From positions 1,818 through 65,817 of the forward strand of contig CAZARM010000004.1 of the NCBI GenBank assembly GCA_964487615.1: a DNA stretch of 64,000 bases. Direction: 5' to 3'. The DNA comes from an uncultured Candidatus Saccharibacteria bacterium (lineage in GTDB: Bacteria; Patescibacteriota; Saccharimonadia; Saccharimonadales; CAZARM01). The notes under the pieces are model-generated. The model made no database searches. It saw only the letters and a program-made list of their open reading frames with translations, and was not told the origin of the DNA. The position numbers were made by a program, and so were the translations under genes. Shown here one piece after another: positions 10,265 to 18,557 of the stretch; position 1 is the first letter of the stretch; the number at the start of each line of letters is the position of its first letter.

Positions 10265-10487
10265 TATTGCTCCTCGCGAGTATAGTTCTGTCTCGCGCTA
10301 AGCACTCGTAAAGAGTAATAAGTTGAATACCGACTTCTTCTGCTTCCTCAAAGGAGACAGGCTTACCGGATTCGGCTTCTAAAATTGATTGCAATAACCG
10401 TATCTTGTCCTCACCAGGCACAAAGAAATCCGTAATGAAATCTTCTGTCTGGCTTAAGATATCTGGTTTGCTCAAGGTACCCTCCAT
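10257..10487 (-). CDS. Hypothetical small acidic protein, first gene of the recombinase operon (a directionality-factor role is only a guess)
   Basis: 76-aa ORF overlapping the recombinase start by 8 nt, preceded by a promoter-like region. Confidence 0.45.
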   Translation of the reverse strand: MEGTLSKPDILSQTEDFITDFFVPGEDKIRLLQSILEAESGKPVSFEEAEEVGIQLITLYECLARDRTILARSNND

Positions 10488-10490
10488 GAA

Positions 10491-10536
10491 CTATCTCAAT
10501 AGAGATAGTATACTATACTTATCGGTATAGTTTCAA
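10491..10536 (-). promoter_or_regulatory. Promoter-like TTGAAA-N18-TATACT with two embedded palindromes
   Basis: Minus strand reads TTGAAACTATACCGATAAGTATAGTATACTATCTCTATTGAGATAGTTC-ATG. Palindromes are ACTATAC-N6-GTATAGT in the spacer and CTATCTC-N4-GAGATAG before the ATG. Confidence 0.45.
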
Positions 10537-10589
10537 GAGAGTTTTTAGTTATTTACAGAGGGTGTGGATATCTTTAGATCTTTTTGTTT

Positions 10590-11189
10590 TTACTGTGAGG
10601 CAGCTACTGCGATATTGCCAAAAGCAGCTACTTCTTCATAAGTTGGAGGTCGCCATTCAATAGTCTTTAAAGCACCGTGGTACTCCGTCGAGGTACGCTC
10701 TTGATAAGGCCAGTAACCATCACCTTCATGGACGCCTGCTGGTACATGTTCGTTCGATAGATTTTTAGCGACTTTAAAACTCACACCAATTCCGCGTTGT
10801 GGAGAGGGGTCTTGGTACGGCCGGTCTGGATAGCGCATGCCAGTATAAGAGGCCAGCCATATAAACTCAGCAAACTCACCAGATAGCTGGGCAGCATGTT
10901 CTTCATCTATAGGTATGCTAGCTGGGTCATGTTCCGTGCTACCGAAGAGACCACCAACAGACCTCGATGTGTGACCTGCGTGATATGTCACTAATTCCGG
11001 ATCTAAAATTCGATTAATAATAAAGCCGCCACGTAATACGGCCCTATATGCCGCTTCACGTTCCTGAGCACTCTCAGCTTCAGCCAACCCCGCCTGACCA
11101 AGGTTTTTCCAGGCTTCATCAAAAGCATCGCCTGCCTTAGCAAACTTTTCTTCTACTTCCGCCAGTGACTCCATGCGTGGGTCTGCCAT
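10590..11189 (-). CDS. Hypothetical protein
   Basis: 199-aa ORF, no motif recognised. Confidence 0.55.
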   Translation of the reverse strand: MADPRMESLAEVEEKFAKAGDAFDEAWKNLGQAGLAEAESAQEREAAYRAVLRGGFIINRILDPELVTYHAGHTSRSVGGLFGSTEHDPASIPIDEEHAAQLSGEFAEFIWLASYTGMRYPDRPYQDPSPQRGIGVSFKVAKNLSNEHVPAGVHEGDGYWPYQERTSTEYHGALKTIEWRPPTYEEVAAFGNIAVAASQ

Positions 11190-11343
11190 AACAACTCCTT
11201 GCCTTATAATTCTATTGTATAACTATTATGAGATAATCCAAGTTTGGATCAACTATGAACAACATCTTTTTTCCTGCCCGTTATTGCTTGCAATTTCTCG
11301 TACGCGGTTGCACAATGCAAGAGCTAAGCGAGGAGTTAAAATT

Positions 11344-11544
11344 ATGGCGGAACAAGAGCCAGGAATGCCATTCGGGTTTAAAGACATAGAAAAAGCCGCT
11401 GAGTTTATTGAGACAGCTCAACCGACAGTACCTGAAGGTGTAGCAGAAACTGCGGACAGAATTTATGAAACGACCAGAGATAATCCTGATGCTACGTGGC
11501 TTGAAATCAAAGGAAAGCTCTCTGAAACTCCCCCCACGCAGTAG
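11344..11544 (+). CDS. Hypothetical small acidic protein
   Basis: Internal ATG of ORF 11173-11544, preceded by GAGGAG 6 nt upstream. The longer ORF start overlaps the divergent gene. Confidence 0.45.
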   Translation: MAEQEPGMPFGFKDIEKAAEFIETAQPTVPEGVAETADRIYETTRDNPDATWLEIKGKLSETPPTQ

Positions 11545-11546
11545 TG

Positions 11547-12050
11547 ATGGGTAATCTAGAAAACGATTTTTCAATAGTTACATTTTATCCCGGAGTCCAT
11601 ATTACTGGCTAAATTGCCGCCCTGCACAAAGAAGTGCGCTTAGAGCAAGTAGCGCAAGGTAAAAATACTTTTTCCAACATTGATGATTCTCAACCTGATC
11701 TGAACGATATTCCGGGCTACTACATAGAGCCTGGCGGTAACTTTTGGGTCGCTCATGAGCACGGCGCCCTAGCAATAATTGGCTTTGTGGCTATTAGAAA
11801 TGACGGCAACGGTGAAGGTCAGCTAAAGCGTTTAGCTGTATTGTCTAAGTATCGCGGACGCCGAATTGGTTCAGGACTGGTTAATACGGCTGTTGAGTGG
11901 TCACGAACAAGCGACATTCGGCGTTTGACTTTATCTACTGGCAAAAACGAGACGGCTAAGAGTATCTACGAAAGATCTGGCTTTAGAGATTGTGGCTTTG
12001 ATGAGGCACACCAAGACTTTCTTATGGAGCTCAGTTTAGAACCTAAATAA
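11547..12050 (+). pseudogene. GNAT N-acetyltransferase interrupted by an in-frame TAA (11610-11612)
   Basis: ATG 11547 encodes MGNLENDFSIVTFYPGVHITG, then TAA, then the same frame continues IAALHKEVRLEQ... into the tracked ORF. That ORF has the acetyl-CoA motif RLAVLSKYRGRRIGSGL. The tracked ORF starts at GTG 11634 and lacks the first beta strand. Confidence 0.5.
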
Positions 12051-12672
12051 GATGACGTTTTCGTGGGTCAGTTTCGGTTTTCAGCCTTTCTTGGTCTCGT
12101 TTCTTGTATAACAGGTAGTATGGGTCATCGTAGAATTTGACTTTGAACCAGGCATCATCGCCATCTTTTACATCCTTTAGCCACTCTTGCTGCCGTTTCA
12201 GGGTTGGAGCCTCTTGTTTGTAAATATCTTTGTCTTCGTACTCAATCGTTTCAATATCCAGTTTATAGTCCGGCCCGAGCACTTTCTTCCATAAGAATTT
12301 GAGCCGTTTAACACGGAACTCAGGTGTGATAAGTAGAACGTTCTTTATGTTATGAGGTATAAAGACTAGATTCTTCAGGTAATAGAAGTTTGCTACGGTA
12401 TCTCGGGATACGGTTTCTTTCAAAATGACTTCTGAAGGGCACCCGATAGATAATAAGTATTCCTCTTCTTTATCTGCTTCTTTGAATGGCTGGGTAATAC
12501 CAGTATTGTCATATTTCAGAGCGTGATCGCCCGATAAGCAAATATACGGCGCAACACCTTGCTTAACCAGCTCTAGAGCTCTATCCAAGCTCTTGTAAGT
12601 ATGCGACGGGAACTCCCAGGTCCGAAAGTCCGGCTGAGAGCCAAGCACCACGATTGCATCGTAGGTTTTCAT
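12043..12672 (-). CDS. DUF218/YdcF-like protein
   Basis: AIVVLGS..., ICLSGDHA and SRDTVANFYY resemble the DUF218 (ElyC/YdcF) signature. Confidence 0.6.
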   Translation of the reverse strand: MKTYDAIVVLGSQPDFRTWEFPSHTYKSLDRALELVKQGVAPYICLSGDHALKYDNTGITQPFKEADKEEEYLLSIGCPSEVILKETVSRDTVANFYYLKNLVFIPHNIKNVLLITPEFRVKRLKFLWKKVLGPDYKLDIETIEYEDKDIYKQEAPTLKRQQEWLKDVKDGDDAWFKVKFYDDPYYLLYKKRDQERLKTETDPRKRHLI

Positions 12673-13583
12673 CGCATGAACGCCGCGACTGCTACTACTA
12701 GCGTCAACATCAAGCTGGATAGCACTTCGCCTCTACGAACTTTTTCGTGCAAGATAAACTGTCCTGCAAGGTAGCGTAGGGCGGGCCCTAACATCAGAAA
12801 TAACATAGTGAGCACGAGCCCATAAGATTGAATGGCATACAAACTTACAACCGCGCCAATGGCATACACTATTCCCCCAGCTGCGGCGTATCCTTCCATA
12901 CGGCTTGTTAATTTCTTTCCGCGCTTGGGTCGGAAGAAGAGACAAAGTAGCACAAAGATACTACTAACCCTAAACAGCGCAATATAGGTGGGCGATAGAT
13001 AGTTAAGCGCTTCTTTATAGAACACCGGCACGATAGCGTAGAGGATAACGGCTAGCCATAAGTAAAACATGCCTTTGCTCTCTGCTTTGCTTAGTTTCCG
13101 GCGATGAACGCCCCAACGCACAATAAAAGCTCCTAGTATAAAAGCAATAAGGTAGGCCGTTTTACGTTCGCTAGGAAAAAGCGCATAGGCAATAAGGCCA
13201 GTGGCAATAGGTTCAAAGTCTACCAAGGGCTCACGCAGCGACAGATCATTAACTTGACAGCTGAGTTCATCAAAGACATTGCCAGCAAAAGAAAAAACTG
13301 CAATACCAAGAAGTATTGCAGCCACAATCAATGGTATATGCGGAAATGGCTCATTGCGCAGCAAAACATATGTCAGAATCGACAGAGTCATGATAGCAAA
13401 GCAGATTAACAGTGACTGCCTAGCATCTATCTTATTTCTGCGAAAGTTAAACCGATCAATAGTTTTACCGGCACTTTCGGCCACAATTGAGCTGATGAGG
13501 TACATAAAGTCCATATGGTTATTGTACCTACTTTGCTTGGGAGTTACGCAAAAATTAAAAGAAGGACTGACGTCCTCTCGCAA
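12669..13583 (-). CDS. Multi-pass membrane protein (EamA/DMT-like)
   Basis: About 9-10 hydrophobic spans in two halves. 4-nt overlap with the DUF218 gene. The real start is probably the internal MDFMYL. Confidence 0.55.
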   Translation of the reverse strand: MREDVSPSFNFCVTPKQSRYNNHMDFMYLISSIVAESAGKTIDRFNFRRNKIDARQSLLICFAIMTLSILTYVLLRNEPFPHIPLIVAAILLGIAVFSFAGNVFDELSCQVNDLSLREPLVDFEPIATGLIAYALFPSERKTAYLIAFILGAFIVRWGVHRRKLSKAESKGMFYLWLAVILYAIVPVFYKEALNYLSPTYIALFRVSSIFVLLCLFFRPKRGKKLTSRMEGYAAAGGIVYAIGAVVSLYAIQSYGLVLTMLFLMLGPALRYLAGQFILHEKVRRGEVLSSLMLTLVVAVAAFMR

Positions 13584-13654
13584 GAATGCTCTTAGACACC
13601 AGCCCTTCTAAGCATAAGTATACTAATTAGCCATATATAGTCTATGGAAAAAAT

Positions 13655-14299
13655 TTAGTGTGAGAATAGATCTATTAAACTTTGAGCTTCGTCGGCGAAC
13701 ACCAGCGACAGACCAAGTTGCCCGGCGAGTCTTTCAGCCTCATGTCGGCGCTCCATGCGTTCATCTAGATTATCTATAACATGTCTAGCTGCTAAGTAAA
13801 AACCTTCCATTGGATCATCTGGTATTTGGTCAGCTTCTGTAACAGATTCACGAAACTTTGCTAGATCTTGTGCTGCATCCATGGATTTAAACTCTGGTGG
13901 TTGTCCCATGAGGTGACGTTCTAGGGCGTACTGCGCAGCATCGGCAAGTGAAATACGATATTGTATGTGGTCCTTTACGCTCAAGGTTGGCGGATTAAGC
14001 TTTAGAAAATTAATAACTGCCTGGCCGGTGGTGTCAGCTGTGTCACTTCCAGGGAACATGACAAGAGTCTTATAGTTTTGTGCTGCTGCTTCAGACAGTT
14101 CAAGGCGTTCACGCACTGCTCCTGGTAAGTCTATTACATCTCCATCCCATACCTTTGGCGTCAACATGTCCTTGTCACGAGCAGTGGTAAGTAAAAAGAC
14201 TGTATCAAATAACTCCTCTGCTTGCGCCGGAGTAGCTAGTTCAGGGTTTGCTGCCATAAGATAATTGTAAGCGTCTGGCTCAGCGGATTGCAAGCACAA
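13655..14299 (-). CDS. Hypothetical acidic protein
   Basis: 214-aa ORF, probable start at MAANPEL (14257). No motif recognised. Confidence 0.5.
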   Translation of the reverse strand: MCLQSAEPDAYNYLMAANPELATPAQAEELFDTVFLLTTARDKDMLTPKVWDGDVIDLPGAVRERLELSEAAAQNYKTLVMFPGSDTADTTGQAVINFLKLNPPTLSVKDHIQYRISLADAAQYALERHLMGQPPEFKSMDAAQDLAKFRESVTEADQIPDDPMEGFYLAARHVIDNLDERMERRHEAERLAGQLGLSLVFADEAQSLIDLFSH

Positions 14300-14336
14300 G
14301 TGAATTGCCGAGAGACTTTTTATACACCAGAAAATC

Positions 14337-14356
14337 TAGATAACCGCGGTTATCTA
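14337..14356. repeat. Perfect 20-bp palindrome TAGATAACCGCGGTTATCTA at the edge of an AT-rich tract of about 100 bp
   Basis: Read directly. The sequence is self-complementary over all 20 nt. An A/T-rich tract with TATA/ATATCT iterations follows up to the replication-relaxation gene. Confidence 0.9.
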
Positions 14357-14463
14357 TATAAAATAGTATCTATATCTGTTATTTATATTTCTATTTAGCT
14401 TCTTTTATATATACTTACATATATAAACATACAAAAGTATGTAGAGGTGGAGAATGAGGATGT

Positions 14464-15252
14464 GTGAGTCAGGCCAAATCCAGCAAGTCACTCAATGGTT
14501 ATCAAAAAGATATACTCTTAGCCCTTTATAAATTTCGCTTTATTACAGTTGATCTATTAGTTGAGTATCAAGGCTTTAAGTCAGAAGTGTATAGTTATGT
14601 ACGTTTAAGAAAGATGGTTGAACAAGGCTATATTGGTCGTCACTATACGGCTCAAGATAAACTCTCCCATAAACCGGCAGTGTATTTCTTATTACCCAAG
14701 GGTATTAGAGAACTCCGAAATGATGCGGCGCTAAGCACTAAAGCCCTAACTAACATGTACCGCGACCGCCAGGCTGGCCAACCTTTTATCCAGTCCTGCC
14801 TGCAGATAATGAGGCATTATCTAAAATTTCGTAGATTGTTTGGTGATGCCCTAGTTTTCTACAGTAAGTCTGAACTGTCCGTGTATGACTTTTTCCCGAA
14901 GCCTTTGCCTGACGCCTATCTCTTTATTGCAGAAATTCCTTACTTTCTTGAAGTTATACCGCCAACGACTCCGTACATTGGGTTAAGGAGTAAGATTAAC
15001 CGTTTCATAAAACATTATGAGTCTGAAACGTGGGAAGAAACCGATATGGGTTACCCAACCATTCTACTTATCTGTGATTCACCATATATGGAGAAACAGT
15101 TGCAGCGCTTAGCCAAACGTATGCTGGCCAGAGACGAGATAGAGGATGTAACCATCTACACCACTACAAGCAAAGCTTTACTCAACTCTGAGAACAAAGA
15201 AGCATCCGTTTGGAGTAACATTGAAGAGCCGGACGAACTGGTAAAATTATGA
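14464..15252 (+). CDS. Replication-relaxation family protein (N-terminal winged helix)
   Basis: N-terminus QKDILLALYKFRFITVDLLVEY...VRLRKMVEQGYIGRHY...PAVYFLLPKGIREL matches the pattern of the Replic_Relax family. GTG start with GGTGGAG upstream. Confidence 0.6.
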   Translation: MSQAKSSKSLNGYQKDILLALYKFRFITVDLLVEYQGFKSEVYSYVRLRKMVEQGYIGRHYTAQDKLSHKPAVYFLLPKGIRELRNDAALSTKALTNMYRDRQAGQPFIQSCLQIMRHYLKFRRLFGDALVFYSKSELSVYDFFPKPLPDAYLFIAEIPYFLEVIPPTTPYIGLRSKINRFIKHYESETWEETDMGYPTILLICDSPYMEKQLQRLAKRMLARDEIEDVTIYTTTSKALLNSENKEASVWSNIEEPDELVKL

Positions 15253-15270
15253 ATAGGTTGAGATTTAACT

Positions 15271-15813
15271 ATGCCTTTTGATTCCTGTCCTGAAGTTATC
15301 GGTCAAGTGCCGGCCCAAATGTTTGATGACATTCAAGCTGTTAAACAAGACCGCGTTGTAGGTGATCATACCTATGCCACATTTCGTTTCGAGAACCACT
15401 TGTCATCAATGCAACAAAGGTTTTACGAAGCTCTGTATCCGCTGGCACAACTGATTGTTGAGAGAGAAACCGCACGAATACAAACTTTAGACATTGACAC
15501 GACATTTGCAGCTCTGCCTCGCGAACGCTACTCAGATATTGATTTTTGGCACAGAGATGGCAATACGTTCTCACGGATTGTAAGCTATGCGGTGGCAATG
15601 GGTCTTGGCACTGAGTTTCTCGTTCGACTAAAACCAGACACTACCCCTCCGGACGGACTTGATGTAGTCGGCAAGCTGGGGAGGCTCACCATTGTCCGGC
15701 CACAATCACTTACCGTGGTGCGTTTTATCAAACAACGCCACCGCAGGCCTATCGCCTCTTCGCCAAACAAAGAAGCACGCGGCTGGGTCCGAGCCAGCGT
15801 AAATACAGTCTAG
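15271..15813 (+). CDS. Hypothetical protein with a possible 2OG-Fe(II) dioxygenase-like HxD...H arrangement
   Basis: FWHRDG followed by IVSYAVAMGLGTEFLV and, about 54 residues later, KQRHRRP. The spacing resembles AlkB-type H-x-D...H...R. Weak, by eye only. Confidence 0.35.
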   Translation: MPFDSCPEVIGQVPAQMFDDIQAVKQDRVVGDHTYATFRFENHLSSMQQRFYEALYPLAQLIVERETARIQTLDIDTTFAALPRERYSDIDFWHRDGNTFSRIVSYAVAMGLGTEFLVRLKPDTTPPDGLDVVGKLGRLTIVRPQSLTVVRFIKQRHRRPIASSPNKEARGWVRASVNTV

Positions 15814-15956
15814 GCAAGTCAGAATAATGCCTTTTTATATATGAGCAGTTTATAGGCCATGCTCAGGATGGTCAGTTCGTTCTCTCTAAGGAACGGACCA
15901 GTGATTAGACACAAATAAACGTGATATAATATGTTTATATTGTAGGGAGAACTATT

Positions 15957-16235
15957 ATGGCAGAACCTGGTGAAAGACTATATGAAACGAACCAAGACCT
16001 AACTAATGCATTGGTAGATGCCATACGAAATCGTGATAAAATGGAAGTGGCTATGATAGGCATGTATGCCTTAACAACCGAACATGAATATCCATTATTG
16101 CCTCGTCTAGCTGAAGTGGGCGACGCAGATCATACCGACTATATCTGGGGTGTTGCAAACCGACGACTAGGGCAACTGAACGACCCGGCATCACAAGCAT
16201 ATCTAGATAGAAAATTCCCGCCTCAAGCAGCCTAG
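15957..16235 (+). CDS. Hypothetical small acidic protein
   Basis: 92-aa ORF with GGGAGA 8 nt upstream and TATAAT upstream. Confidence 0.5.
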   Translation: MAEPGERLYETNQDLTNALVDAIRNRDKMEVAMIGMYALTTEHEYPLLPRLAEVGDADHTDYIWGVANRRLGQLNDPASQAYLDRKFPPQAA

Positions 16236-16287
16236 AATATAGAATTTAATATTTGAGCAGTTTAACGCCATGCCCAGGGCGTTAGGC

Positions 16288-16458
16288 TCAGCAACCAGCT
16301 GGCAAGACCATATCCTGATCTAAACCACGGTACGAGACGCTGTCAGTAACAGTGCCGTCACTCTGGATCCATACACAGACATGGAATGGAAACTCGTACC
16401 AGCCTTGTTGCTTGGCAAGCTTTGCCCAGTAAAGGCGGTGATCGTGAATCGTATTCAT
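16288..16458 (-). CDS. Hypothetical small protein
   Basis: Probable start at MNTIHDH (ATGA overlap with the stop of the upstream gene). The tracked ORF extends to 16485. Confidence 0.4.
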   Translation of the reverse strand: MNTIHDHRLYWAKLAKQQGWYEFPFHVCVWIQSDGTVTDSVSYRGLDQDMVLPAGC

Positions 16459-16664
16459 GACGACACCTCCCCACGGTAGCCACAAGCTTGGCTAAACCGT
16501 TCGCTATCAAAGCTTGGGTTATCCTGCTCAAACAGTTGAGACAATGGGTCAATCACCCACTCGTTGATAAAGATTATGGTCTCTTTATCTTCATAGCTGC
16601 GGCATTCACTGACGGCTTCAGCCAGCACCTCGGCGATTTGTTGGTAATATTTACGTGATAGCAT
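16455..16664 (-). CDS. Hypothetical small acidic protein
   Basis: 69-aa ORF with AAGGAGAAG before the ATG. Confidence 0.5.
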   Translation of the reverse strand: MLSRKYYQQIAEVLAEAVSECRSYEDKETIIFINEWVIDPLSQLFEQDNPSFDSERFSQACGYRGEVSS

Positions 16665-16680
16665 ACTCTTCTCCTTTTTA

Positions 16681-16790
16681 CTTTACGTAACAAGGAATGA
16701 GCGCAGCCCGCAGGCTCAGTCTGGCAAGGTGGAGACTTGTACTACCTTGCCATGCTGAGTCGGGCTGTATACTGAGAGATCTACGTAAAG
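16681..16790. promoter_or_regulatory. 110-nt three-tier imperfect hairpin in a divergent intergenic region
   Basis: Outer stem CTTTACGTA/TACGTAAAG (9 bp). Middle stems CAGCCCG/CGGGCTG and CTCAG/CTGAG. Inner stem TGGCAAGGTGG/CTACCTTGCCA (11 bp, one G-T) with a 9-nt loop. The right arm contains TTGCCA-N15-TATACT facing gene 16866. Confidence 0.5.
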
Positions 16791-16865
16791 GTAAACACCC
16801 TCGGTTAGCAATAGCTAAGTACGTCCTATTATGATATAATTAACTTTTTTCTTGAGGACACATGT

Positions 16866-17291
16866 ATGCGAGTGGATGGATTCAGCGAGTTAAGCGGTGA
16901 GAGATTTAAAAGTTTTGACGAAAGTCAACAGGGTCATAACGTACTGTTCTTTCGCTATTTTAACTACGACAACGATCTACCATCTCCTTTAGCGGGTCTC
17001 TGGCTGAGTGATGAGTTGGGCAAACGGCAGCTAGAAGCCGCGCATTATATTCCGGACATGGCTTGCCAACGTGCATTGAGAGAATCAGGCGCGACGTCAC
17101 AGCCCGCAGGACTGATCTGGCTCGGTCTCTACGTCAAATACAGGCATGTTAATAGTGAGCCTGTGGCTGACATTACTATGCCGAGGTTCATGGTTGAAGA
17201 TTATTCAAGTTTGGCAATTGACCTCCAAACCAAACCACTAGTACGTGAGCTAGAAGATCGATTTAATGTGGCGATTACTATCGCAGATTAA
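16866..17291 (+). CDS. Hypothetical protein
   Basis: 141-aa ORF with TATAAT about 30 nt upstream. No motif recognised. Confidence 0.5.
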   Translation: MRVDGFSELSGERFKSFDESQQGHNVLFFRYFNYDNDLPSPLAGLWLSDELGKRQLEAAHYIPDMACQRALRESGATSQPAGLIWLGLYVKYRHVNSEPVADITMPRFMVEDYSSLAIDLQTKPLVRELEDRFNVAITIAD

Positions 17292-17456
17292 CTTTGCCTC
17301 AGCTGAGACTGTTTGGCTGTTTCAAGCTCATAGGCTGGAGTCAGCGTAGCGTGTACTACCTTGCCGAGTCAGGTTCTAGACGTACACCGGGAAGGCAGAA
17401 GAAAGTAATTTTGCTTATGCTTGCTTTGAGCAATGGAGTGACAGATACTAGCATCA

Positions 17457-18227
17457 GTGAATGCGATCGAACAAGTAGAAGGCTTTATACAAGGAAAAAA
17501 GTTCGAGGGTCGCCATCCTCGTATGATTGCCGATGCTGTCATAATAGACACAGGTTTTGTACATGGGCAGTTAAATCGGCATCGCCACAAATTAGATTTT
17601 ATAGATAATGAGATTGATCACGAGCGCTGGGCAAGCTATCGTCCTAGAAAACAGCAAAACCAGGTACGTCTTATGGCGGCAGGTATTATCCATGGGTTTG
17701 CTAGCGCACGCGAAAAGCAATCTAGCCAAGGCACAGAGCTGTGGGGGCACGCTGTTCGAATCGGTAGGTTAGCTGCAGGATATGATTTCTTAGGTATTCT
17801 GGAGCGTGTTGTTGAATCATCAGGTTTGCTCAGCATAGAAAAGACAACGATGGCTATTACAAATTATAGTTCTGGCCTTGAGACAGCGACTAAGTCTAAG
17901 GCAGAACCAGATTTCGCACCTTTTGATAGCAACAACGTACGGCTTAACTGTGTTGTAAGTGTTTTAGCTCGAGGTCGCAGTGCTATAGATTTAAGTTATG
18001 ACTTACTGGAAGGAACTCCAGAAGCAAAAGACTACATTACTGCCGTTATGAATGGACTAAAAACAGACGGCTTAGTTACCGACGACCGTGAAACGATTGG
18101 TAGGCGGACAAGAACACCCAATGTGCCTGGTAGTTGGCTGGTAACTCCGCTTGGCTCAGAATGGCTTCATGAAATGGTTGAAATAGGTGGATTTATCGAA
18201 CCGAGTGATTTTAGTGCTATGCAGTAA
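17457..18227 (+). CDS. Hypothetical protein with a possible C-terminal winged-helix
   Basis: 256-aa ORF. The C-terminal ITAVMNGLKTDGLVTDD...WLVTPLG resembles a wHTH wing. Confidence 0.45.
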   Translation: MNAIEQVEGFIQGKKFEGRHPRMIADAVIIDTGFVHGQLNRHRHKLDFIDNEIDHERWASYRPRKQQNQVRLMAAGIIHGFASAREKQSSQGTELWGHAVRIGRLAAGYDFLGILERVVESSGLLSIEKTTMAITNYSSGLETATKSKAEPDFAPFDSNNVRLNCVVSVLARGRSAIDLSYDLLEGTPEAKDYITAVMNGLKTDGLVTDDRETIGRRTRTPNVPGSWLVTPLGSEWLHEMVEIGGFIEPSDFSAMQ

Positions 18228-18288
18228 CTAGCTTTGTCATTTTTAGTATGTTGGTATTGATCGCAAATCATTGAAAGTTGGAAATTAA

Positions 18289-18537
18289 ATGCCCATTACC
18301 CGCAGTTTCATAATGGAGAGTCACACTCATATGCCATTGAGCATCTCTTATGGTTTGGCAGCTGAGCTGTTCCCTTATGAAAGTCCGAGAACTCAGGAAG
18401 TTGCGGCTATGTATTTGGCTAACATGATTTATAGAACAATTGATCAACCCAACATACCTGCGCATATTGAAGACGATCAAATTGAAGATTGGTTTTTAGC
18501 CAGGACGGCCATGCATACGATAATAAGCATGGGCTAA
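18289..18537 (+). CDS. Hypothetical small protein
   Basis: 82-aa ORF, no motif. Confidence 0.35.
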   Translation: MPITRSFIMESHTHMPLSISYGLAAELFPYESPRTQEVAAMYLANMIYRTIDQPNIPAHIEDDQIEDWFLARTAMHTIISMG

Positions 18538-18557
18538 GCTATTAATCCTTAATTCTG

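Noticed and set aside
16738-17365. 14-nt exact repeat TGTACTACCTTGCC (16738-16751 and 17352-17365), taken as a second copy of the big hairpin
   Set aside because: The second site lacks the complementary arms. A single 14-mer repeat within about 1 kb is only marginally unexpected. It is kept as context, not as a feature.
17294-17608. 104-aa and 73-aa tracked ORFs overlapping the start of gene 17457-18227
   Set aside because: They have a non-ATG start, Cys/Arg-rich odd composition and no SD. The region 17292-17456 is more plausibly the leader or promoter of the 256-aa gene.
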